NCBI GenBank assembly: GCA_051117555.1
Contig: JBNPEG010000016.1
Location: forward strand, 67,315-83,090
Origin: Elainellaceae cyanobacterium
GTDB lineage: Bacteria > Cyanobacteriota > Cyanobacteriia > CAZCXK01
Length of the DNA stretch: 15,776 nt
Direction of reading: 5' to 3'
The notes beneath the pieces are model-generated. The model saw nothing but the letters and a program-made list of their open reading frames with translations. It was not told the DNA's origin and made no database searches. Shown one piece after another: positions 9,069 through 15,744 of the stretch. The first letter of the stretch is position 1. Each line of letters opens with the position of its first letter. The position numbers were made by a program, and so were the translations under genes.

Positions 9069-10385
9069 CTAGAACCCGTCGTGTTCGATAATGTGTTGGG
9101 CGATCGCCCTGACCATATCTCGAATGGCTCCTTCCCAAGCGCTGTGGTCAATCGTAATGCTGATGACATAGCGCTGGTCTTCAATCTTGGCAGCCACCGT
9201 TGTGCCCAACACCTTCGAATTTTGCCCCGTCTTTTCGCCAATCCAGAAAGTGTCTGGTAGCCCTTTAAGCCCTGCATAGCCGAGCTTCCAATCCCACTGC
9301 TCAACCAGCGAATCGAGCAAGATATCGTCGCCGGGATGCTCAAAGTTATAAATCTTCACCATCATATCGGTGAGTTCATCCGTGGTAGTTCGATTCGTGC
9401 CCGATGCACCAAAGTTGGATGGATAGGTGCTCTCACCGACGAGTTTGTGCCCGACGTGGGTTGCTGTGTAGCCGCGTTCATCTAGCACCTGGTTGATGTA
9501 GCCGAGACCCGCGAAGTCAATGAGCTGATTCGTCGCAATGTTGCTGCTGTCATTAATCATGCGGCGCAACACTTTGCGAAGCGGATATTCGACCCCAGCG
9601 CGAATATCTGATGCGTCTTCGGTGTAGTTGCTGCGCTCGACTAGCATCGGCCTGTCGAGGTCAATGTTTTCATCGACGATTTTTTGAACCACGGCGATGC
9701 CAATTGGAAGCTTAATCAAACTGGCCGGGCTTGCAGGGGGTTGATTGCCGTTGAGGCGACGACATTCACCTGTTTCTACATGGCATACCGTAATGTGAAC
9801 CCGGGATTGGCCCAGCGTGCTTTCTGCAATTGGGATTAGGAAATCAGAGCGAGCCGTATCGTAGTTGTAGGAAGCTTTTTCGAGATGAGCGGTGTAATCG
9901 CCCATTTTTTGAGCGGCTGCGTCGTAGTGGAATGAGCCTTCTGGAATTTCTCCTAAGGCGTCGACGGCTGCCTGCCATGCCTCATAGATGCGTTGATAGG
10001 TCTCGGTTGTTGGATTGGGCTGTTGGGATAGCTCTAGACCCTGTGTTGCCAATTCTTGCGCAGCTTGCCAGTTTTCTTTTCCAGTTTCTTCAACCTGGAT
10101 GCGAATCTCGACAGCCTGCAACTGTTGCAGTAGCTCGGTGGGCGTTGAAAATATCCCCTGAGAAATGAGCTTCTGCTTGGCTACGGGTTCTTCGAGCTTT
10201 GCCATGAGGCGATCGCGCATGGCATATAAATCGTCAAGCGAATCAGCCTCTGGAACGTTGGGCAGATCTGAATAGGGCGTTTCAATTTGGGGTGCCAACA
10301 TTGCCGGAGCATAGAGTGCGCTCCCCCCTGCGACCAGGCCGAGGGTTGCAACCGGAACTGCAAGTATGCGCAAAAGCCAATGCAT
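9069..10385 (-). CDS. Serine hydrolase, class A beta-lactamase-like (Beta-lactamase2 / PBP-A type), with an N-terminal helical domain
   Basis: Signal/anchor N-terminus, then SxxK (PASLIK), SxN (DSSNIATN) and KTG (GEKTGQ) motifs in the expected order. Confidence 0.88.
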   Translation of the reverse strand: MHWLLRILAVPVATLGLVAGGSALYAPAMLAPQIETPYSDLPNVPEADSLDDLYAMRDRLMAKLEEPVAKQKLISQGIFSTPTELLQQLQAVEIRIQVEETGKENWQAAQELATQGLELSQQPNPTTETYQRIYEAWQAAVDALGEIPEGSFHYDAAAQKMGDYTAHLEKASYNYDTARSDFLIPIAESTLGQSRVHITVCHVETGECRRLNGNQPPASPASLIKLPIGIAVVQKIVDENIDLDRPMLVERSNYTEDASDIRAGVEYPLRKVLRRMINDSSNIATNQLIDFAGLGYINQVLDERGYTATHVGHKLVGESTYPSNFGASGTNRTTTDELTDMMVKIYNFEHPGDDILLDSLVEQWDWKLGYAGLKGLPDTFWIGEKTGQNSKVLGTTVAAKIEDQRYVISITIDHSAWEGAIRDMVRAIAQHIIEHDGF

Positions 10386-10480
10386 GAACTGTCCTCACAC
10401 CGAATCGTGCGATCGCGACTGGAATCGACACGAAAGAATCCACACCAACTATAAGACTACAGGTGATATTTGCAATGTAA

Positions 10481-10638
10481 CTGCTATGAGGAATACAACG
10501 TCCTCGTGGTGGCTGATAAACTGAACCTGTGCAGTATTTGGAAAACGTAATGAGGATAGCAGTAAACCAATCCTCATCATTACACTAAGCTCTAGTGAGA
10601 CGAATTAGGAAATACCTGAACAGGCTCAGTTCATTAGC
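10481..10638. other. Self-complementary intergenic element (candidate structured RNA leader or MITE-like element)
   Basis: Hairpin 10481-10512 (12 pairs including 4 G-U). Long imperfect inverted repeat 10512-10539 / 10610-10638 (24 of 28 positions complementary, one 1-nt gap) enclosing hairpins 10550-10577 and 10583-10597. Confidence 0.5.
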
Positions 10639-10652
10639 GTACATTTCTTGAT

Positions 10653-12080
10653 ATGAGCGTTGATTCCCTGTCGCTAGCAACATCCCTAGATGATATTCAT
10701 CTCACTCTCTCACCTGAACCGTTAGAAACTAGAGAGGAGATTGAGGCATTCTATCGGGATGAGCTGAACCAGGTGAGAGGTGGAGATAAGACTCAGCGAC
10801 TGAAATTAGGTCTGAGACGGGCAATCCAGGGAAAGTATTTCTATAAAGCCTGTTTGATGGGTCATCAGGGAGTCGGAAAGTCTACAGAATTGACTCGCTT
10901 AATTAATGACGAAGCGGTGCAACAGCAGTTTTGCGCCGTTCGCTTCAGCGTGACCACCGACCTCGATCCAGGGAATTTCAATCCTCTTGATGTGCTGCTG
11001 TTGATGATGGCTGAAGTGGTTCAACACACGGCTCAGCCGATTGACCAGGGAGGCGCTGGACAAGTTCCAGATCAGGCGCGTTTGCAGGAAGTATGGAATT
11101 GGTTTGCTAGCGAGAAAACGCTACGGGAGCAAGCGACGGAAGGAGTCTTGGGTGTTGAAGCCGGTGCCGGAGTGCAGGGCGATTCGCTTTTGGGAAAAGT
11201 GCTGGGATTGTTTGCCTCACTCAAGAGCGAATTGAGGTTTGCTTCGACACGCAAAAAAGAAATTGTTGAGTACCGCTTGTCTCGGCTGAATACGCTGATT
11301 GAAGTGGCCAATCGTATCCTGATAGACTGTAACCAAAAATTGCAGCAAGCGCGAGGATGTCAGTGGCTCTTTATCGGCGAGGACTTTGATAAAGCGGGCA
11401 TTCCGTCCGATGCCATTGAGAACCTCTTCATTACCTATGCCAATATTTTTAGTGAATTAGAGACCCATTTAATTTTCAACTTACCGATCGGGCTCTATAA
11501 CTCTTCCCCGGCGATTCGATTGTCCTTTCCGCCAGAACGGAGTCTGGTTATCCCAGATACTCCGGTGTTTCACCCCGACCACAGCCCAAATGAGCTGGGG
11601 CGAAAGGCGGTACGTTCTGTATTGGAAGCTCGGATATCAACCAATTTGTTTGAGCCGGGTCAGATGGAACGGCTGATTGTGGCGTCTGGGGGCAATTTGA
11701 GAGACTTGTTTGCGCTGGTGAACTATGCGGCAGATACGGCGACGTTGCGGAACGAGACCCGTCAAATTAATCAAGATGATGCGAACAGTGCGATTCGCAA
11801 TTTACGCAGTGAATATGAGCGGCGGTTGGGCCAAAATCCCTATGACAAAGACGAAATCACCTATGAGAAAAAAGCTGAACTGCTGAAGCGGATCTACGAT
11901 GGAGACAAGGAGGCCCAAATTCCGAACCCGGTACTCTATGCATTGCTAAACGATCGGGCTGTGCAGGAGTTTAACGGCGAACGATGGTTTGGAGTGCATC
12001 CACTCGTGGTTGATTTGCTCAATGTCCAGGGTCGAATTCCATTTGCGCCAAGCGGGGGAGTACCCGGTGGCACTCGATGA
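10653..12080 (+). CDS. P-loop ATPase (AAA+/STAND-related ATP-binding protein)
   Basis: 475 aa. Walker A GHQGVGKS (10860-10883), Walker B-like FIGEDFDK (11370-11393), ASGGNLRDL helical-domain motif and a C-terminal WFGVHP motif. Confidence 0.88.
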   Translation: MSVDSLSLATSLDDIHLTLSPEPLETREEIEAFYRDELNQVRGGDKTQRLKLGLRRAIQGKYFYKACLMGHQGVGKSTELTRLINDEAVQQQFCAVRFSVTTDLDPGNFNPLDVLLLMMAEVVQHTAQPIDQGGAGQVPDQARLQEVWNWFASEKTLREQATEGVLGVEAGAGVQGDSLLGKVLGLFASLKSELRFASTRKKEIVEYRLSRLNTLIEVANRILIDCNQKLQQARGCQWLFIGEDFDKAGIPSDAIENLFITYANIFSELETHLIFNLPIGLYNSSPAIRLSFPPERSLVIPDTPVFHPDHSPNELGRKAVRSVLEARISTNLFEPGQMERLIVASGGNLRDLFALVNYAADTATLRNETRQINQDDANSAIRNLRSEYERRLGQNPYDKDEITYEKKAELLKRIYDGDKEAQIPNPVLYALLNDRAVQEFNGERWFGVHPLVVDLLNVQGRIPFAPSGGVPGGTR

Positions 12081-14739
12081 ACCTAAAACACGTGTTGACG
12101 GTAGTGTCAGTGATGTCTATGCGCGACTGTTGTTGTGGTGTCGCCGTCGTCGCCGGGGCTTGGCTCGGGTTGAGTTCTCGTCTGAGTTTGCGCGCCAACG
12201 CGTTGTCGAACAACTCTATCGGGATTTGAGGGAACTAGATATCCCAATTCATACGCTCGAACTGCCCAAGTGGAGTTCCCCGAGGCAGGTGCTTCATTAC
12301 CTGCTAGAGTCCTTAGACCAGATTGAACCGGGAGTGGTTTCCATCAGCGGGTTCGCAACCGCTTTTGATAGAGACATTCCGCTGACCGATGCGCTGAGGG
12401 TTATTAACTTTAACCGGGAAAACCTTGTCAAGCCCCACCTCTCTCAAATCTGGTGGATGACGCGGAGCTTTACAGATAAAGCGCTCCATGCCATGCCCGA
12501 TTTGAATTCCTGGTTTACATTGCGGTTGTTTCTCACCGAAAGCATCCGGTCAGACAGGCAGATCTTCCGCGATCAGGAACCCAATCGAACTCTAGCCATC
12601 CCCATCGAGCAGGATGCAGAGCGTAGCGGGAATTTGGCAACAATCCACAACCTGCCGAGGGAGATTTCTCCGCGGTTTGTCGGGCGCGAAGCAGAACTCG
12701 TTCAGTTACACGCGCAACTCCAGCAATCCGGCAAAATGGCGATCGCGGCTATTGCTGGCATGGGCGGCATTGGGAAAACGGAGCTAGCCCTGCACTATGC
12801 GACAGCCTATCAAGCCGACTATCGGGGAGGGATTTGCTGGATCAGAGCACGGGATATGGATATCGGGACGCAAGTGATTGCCTTTGCTCAAGATCGGTTG
12901 AGTCTTTCCCCGCCAGATGGGCTAGACATGGTGCAGCAGACCCACTGGTGTTGGCAACACTGGCCCCGTCCCGATCAGGACGTGCTGCTGATTGTGGATG
13001 ATGTCAACGACTATGAGCGGATTGTGCCCTATTTGCCGAGTTCCAACCGCTTTAAGGTCTTGATCACCACCCGTCTCCAGACTCTCGGGACCGCCGTTAC
13101 CCTATTCAGCTTAGATTTGCTATCCCCAGAGGCAGCTCAGGCGTTGCTCGCCCTACTCATTGGGGAAGAGCGCGTATCGGCAGAGCCTGAGATGGCACAT
13201 GAACTCTGTGCTTGGTTGGGCTACCTGCCCCTCGGCATCGAGTTGATCGGCACCGATCTCCAGCGCCACCCGGATCGGTCTCTGAAAACCTTCTATCAAA
13301 CCCTGCAAGACAGACAGGCAGACTATAGCGCCACCCGACGCTTGCCGCCCGGTGTAACCGCACAGATACCCCTCGCCGTTGCCTTTGGAACCACCTGGCA
13401 AAGCCTTCCGGTCGATGCCCAACGGCTCGCCTGTCTGTTGAGTTGTTTTGCCCTTGCCCCTATCCCCTGGGCGCTCGTCGACGGTTGTTTCCCCAACCAA
13501 GACCCTGATGAGTTAACGACAATCCGTGACTCAGAGTTAGTCTCTCGGAGCTTGCTTCAACAGGCCGGGGATAGCCTCTATCAACTGCACCCGCTAATCT
13601 ATCAATTTATCGGAATGCAGCGGGAGCAGAGTGAGTGGGGCGATGAGCTGAAACGGGTGTTTTGCCAAGAGATGGTGACTATTGCAAAGACGATTCCCGA
13701 AACGCCCGTGCGAACCCAAATCTTGGAACTGACTCCAGTGATTCCCCATCTTGCCGAAGCCGCAACCACCTGGCAAACCTGGCTCGCCGATGAAGACCTA
13801 ATCTGGCCCTTTCTTGGGTTAGGGCGTTTTTATGCAGGCCAAGGAGCCTATAGTGAGGCGGAACCCTGGTATGAAATGTGTCTAGAAGTAGTCAGCGATC
13901 GCCTGGGCGACGAGCATCCTTATGTGGCAACTAGCCTCAACAATCTGGCGGCACTCTACGACAATCAAGGGCGCTACAGCGAGGCCGAACCCCTTTACCA
14001 GCAGGCGCTGGCGATGAGCCAACGGCTCTTGGGCGATGAGCATCCCGATGTGGCAACTAGCCTCAACAATCTGGCGGCACTCTACGACAATCAAGGGCGC
14101 TACAGCGAGGCCGAACCCCTTTACCAGCAGGCGCTGGCGATGAGACAACGGCTCTTGGGCGACGAGCATCCCGATGTGGCAACTAGCCTCAACAATCTGG
14201 CGGCACTCTGCCGAAATCAAGGGCGCTACAGCGAGGCCGAACCCCTCTACCAGCAGGCGCTGGCGATGAGACAACGGCTCTTGGGCGATGAGCATCCCGC
14301 TGTGGCGAGTAGCCTCAACAATCTGGCGGCACTCTACGACGATCAAGGGCGCTACAGTGAGGCCGAACCCCTCTACCAGCAGGCGCTGGCGATGAGCCAA
14401 CGGCTCTTGGGCGAGGAGCATCCCGATGTGGCGCAAAGCCTCAACAATCTGGCGGCACTCTACGACAATCAAGGGCGCTACAGTGAGGCCGAACCCCTCT
14501 ACCAGCAGGCGCTGGCGATATATCAACGGCTCTTGGGCGAGGAGCATCCCAATGTGGCAACTAGCCTATGGAACCTTGGAGCACTTCGATATAACCAGGG
14601 ACGATTAGAAGAAGCACAATCACTCCTCCTGCGAGCCCTGCCTATTTATGAAGCACAACTAGGCTCTGACCATCCCAATACAAGAAATCTAAAGAGTTGG
14701 ATTGATGGGGTTCAAACAGCTTTGAGCAATTCTAAGTAA
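12067..14739 (+). CDS. NLR-like STAND protein: uncharacterised N-terminal domain + NB-ARC + TPR (42-aa kinesin-light-chain-type) repeats
   Basis: The start is reassigned from 11989 to GTG 12067 (GGGGGAG RBS 6 nt upstream, 14-nt overlap with the ATPase gene), giving 890 aa. NB-ARC motifs: HNLP..FVGRE, GMGGIGKT (12757-12780), LLIVDDV, LITTR, GYLPL, LHPLI. C-terminal LGDEHPxVAxSLNNLAxLY..QGRYSEAEPLYQQAL repeats. Confidence 0.92.
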   Translation: MALDEPKTRVDGSVSDVYARLLLWCRRRRRGLARVEFSSEFARQRVVEQLYRDLRELDIPIHTLELPKWSSPRQVLHYLLESLDQIEPGVVSISGFATAFDRDIPLTDALRVINFNRENLVKPHLSQIWWMTRSFTDKALHAMPDLNSWFTLRLFLTESIRSDRQIFRDQEPNRTLAIPIEQDAERSGNLATIHNLPREISPRFVGREAELVQLHAQLQQSGKMAIAAIAGMGGIGKTELALHYATAYQADYRGGICWIRARDMDIGTQVIAFAQDRLSLSPPDGLDMVQQTHWCWQHWPRPDQDVLLIVDDVNDYERIVPYLPSSNRFKVLITTRLQTLGTAVTLFSLDLLSPEAAQALLALLIGEERVSAEPEMAHELCAWLGYLPLGIELIGTDLQRHPDRSLKTFYQTLQDRQADYSATRRLPPGVTAQIPLAVAFGTTWQSLPVDAQRLACLLSCFALAPIPWALVDGCFPNQDPDELTTIRDSELVSRSLLQQAGDSLYQLHPLIYQFIGMQREQSEWGDELKRVFCQEMVTIAKTIPETPVRTQILELTPVIPHLAEAATTWQTWLADEDLIWPFLGLGRFYAGQGAYSEAEPWYEMCLEVVSDRLGDEHPYVATSLNNLAALYDNQGRYSEAEPLYQQALAMSQRLLGDEHPDVATSLNNLAALYDNQGRYSEAEPLYQQALAMRQRLLGDEHPDVATSLNNLAALCRNQGRYSEAEPLYQQALAMRQRLLGDEHPAVASSLNNLAALYDDQGRYSEAEPLYQQALAMSQRLLGEEHPDVAQSLNNLAALYDNQGRYSEAEPLYQQALAIYQRLLGEEHPNVATSLWNLGALRYNQGRLEEAQSLLLRALPIYEAQLGSDHPNTRNLKSWIDGVQTALSNSK
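13903..14568 (+). repeat. Intragenic tandem array of 126-bp TPR-encoding repeats (5 full units + partial sixth)
   Basis: Units start at 13903, 14029, 14155, 14281, 14407 and 14533. They are near-identical at the nucleotide level, including most synonymous sites. Confidence 0.97.
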
Positions 14740-14793
14740 TAGGTATACGGTGATTTCCCAACCCTGAGCGTTTCTAGCATCAATGTCTGTGAC

Positions 14794-14830
14794 TCCAAAA
14801 TCTAAAATCTAAAATCCAAAATCCAAAATC
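14794..14830. repeat. Heptamer tandem repeat (STRR-type), 5 copies of TC(C/T)AAAA
   Basis: TCCAAAA TCTAAAA TCTAAAA TCCAAAA TCCAAAA TC. Intergenic heptamer arrays are typical of filamentous cyanobacteria. Confidence 0.92.
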
Positions 14831-14950
14831 GACAAAGTCTTGATGATATCCCTCCAGCCTCACCGGGAATGTTAAGCAGATGAATTGGCCATAAGGCTTA
14901 CGCCATCAGCCTGTTCTAGTCATTTATGCATTCGGCAAAGGAGTTTGATT

Positions 14951-15430
14951 ATGCCTTACGAAAACATTAGTGCCACGATCTCAGACGAAAGCTTGAGCGA
15001 AATCAAAGGGGCGATCGCCACGATTCGCTCACATCTGTCCTTTTTGATTAGCCTGACCCCAGACGAACGCCGCAAGCGTTTCAAGATGGGCGACAAGAGC
15101 TTGGCATTTGTCAGAAATAGCGTGACCGTTACTCAAAACAACCCAGAGGTATTGCCTGGAAACTTTAACCGTGAAGAATTTGCCAAAGATTATCAACTGA
15201 CGGTCGCGCTGACCGAGATTCTCACTCTGCTCAATCAGTTGAGCGAAGAAGTAGACGACACACTCATCGCAGTCGGCAGCGAATCGATGGCAAGCAGTCT
15301 GCTGGTCTATGACTTTGTGAAAACGGCAGCCAAACATTCTCCCGGTCTTAAGAGCGTGGCTGACCAGTTGGGCGAACGGTTTAAGTCGATTAGCGGTCGT
15401 CGCCCCAAAGCAGACGCCACGACTGTTTGA
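14951..15430 (+). CDS. Hypothetical protein, 159 aa, probably mostly alpha-helical
   Basis: Start reassigned to ATG 14951 (AAAGGAG RBS 7 nt upstream). MPYENISATIS...FLISLTPDERRKRFKMGDKSLAFV...DDTLIAVGSESM...YDFVKTAAK...LGERFK has normal protein composition and a basic C-terminal tail. No catalytic motif recognised. Confidence 0.88.
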   Translation: MPYENISATISDESLSEIKGAIATIRSHLSFLISLTPDERRKRFKMGDKSLAFVRNSVTVTQNNPEVLPGNFNREEFAKDYQLTVALTEILTLLNQLSEEVDDTLIAVGSESMASSLLVYDFVKTAAKHSPGLKSVADQLGERFKSISGRRPKADATTV

Positions 15431-15744
15431 TCCGTTTTGATATGGCGTGCGATCGAGTCAACCCCCACTCGATCACGTCCAGAGGCTCTTTAAAGAGATG
15501 CAAACACTCTCTAGACACTCTCAGAGAGTCTTTAAAGAAGTTCCAAGACTCTCTAGACAATCCCAGAGAGTCTTTAAAGAAGTTCCAAGCTTCTCTAGAC
15601 AATCCCAGAGACTCTTTAAAGAGGTTCCGAGACTCTTTAAAGAGGTTCCGAGCCTCTCTAGACATTCTCAAAGACTCTTTAAAGAGGTTCCGCGGCTCGC
15701 CAGACATTCTCAGAGACTCTTTAAAGAGATTCCAAGCTGATTGA
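15427..15744 (+). CDS. Possible heptad-repeat protein encoded by the 21-bp array (reading frame uncertain; may be non-coding)
   Basis: TTG 15427 overlaps the upstream TGA (TTGA), with an in-frame ATG at 15442. It reads RDSLKRF / QDSLDNP heptads with 3-4 hydrophobic spacing. A second + frame (15447-15740) and a - frame (15390-15707) are also open, so coding status is unresolved. Confidence 0.3.
   Translation: MIRFDMACDRVNPHSITSRGSLKRCKHSLDTLRESLKKFQDSLDNPRESLKKFQASLDNPRDSLKRFRDSLKRFRASLDILKDSLKRFRGSPDILRDSLKRFQAD
15481..15732. repeat. Array of twelve 21-bp quasi-palindromic units of two alternating types (A B A B A B A A B A B A)
   Basis: Type A consensus AGAGACTCTTTAAAGAGGTTC (7 units; palindromic core CTCTTTAAAGAG or TCTTTAAAGA). 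Type B consensus CAAGACTCTCTAGACATTCTC (5 units; core TCTAGA in four). Exact 21-bp period with no indels. Confidence 0.96.

Larger units (their letters stand above)
827..15018. repeat. Dispersed HIP1 octamers (GCGATCGC)
   Basis: Copies found by eye at about 827, 1201, 1316, 1472, 1535, 3009, 3210, 3723, 4286, 4328, 4610, 4808, 4979, 5254, 7212, 7631, 8102, 9100, 10209, 10409, 12739, 13895 and 15011. HIP1 is a hallmark of many cyanobacterial genomes. Confidence 0.9.

Noticed and set aside
11989..12066. Longer N-terminus of the NB-ARC-TPR ORF as given in the track
   Set aside because: It overlaps the ATPase gene by 92 nt. GTG 12067 has a clear RBS and a short coupled overlap.
12077..12229. 50-codon ORF starting at the ATGA overlap with the ATPase stop (MNLKHVLTVV...)
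   Set aside because: It lies out of frame inside the NLR gene with no recognisable motif; most likely incidental.
13882..14547. 221-aa antisense ORF over the TPR repeats
   Set aside because: It is a mirror of the in-frame 126-bp repeat; absence of stops in one unit is simply propagated.
13903..14568. Diversity-generating retroelement target/template
   Set aside because: Variation is not restricted to adenine positions, and no reverse transcriptase or separate template repeat is present in the window.
14794..14830. Heptamer repeat as a functional part of the adjacent systems
   Set aside because: Such heptamer arrays are common, generic intergenic elements in filamentous cyanobacteria; nothing ties it specifically to these genes.
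14885..14950. N-terminal extension of the hypothetical gene from TTG 14885
   Set aside because: ATG 14951 has a strong AAAGGAG RBS and the extension does not look protein-like.
15400..15440. Programmed frameshift or readthrough fusing the 159-aa gene to the array
   Set aside because: A +1 shift at GTT TGA meets TGA at 15438, readthrough stops at the first TAA in the array, and there is no canonical X XXY YYZ -1 slippery site in frame.
15481..15732. CRISPR or TIGR-type guide array interpretation of the 21-bp repeats
   Set aside because: The sequences between type A units are themselves related repeats (type B), not unique spacers. No cas gene or Nop-domain gene is recognisable in the window.
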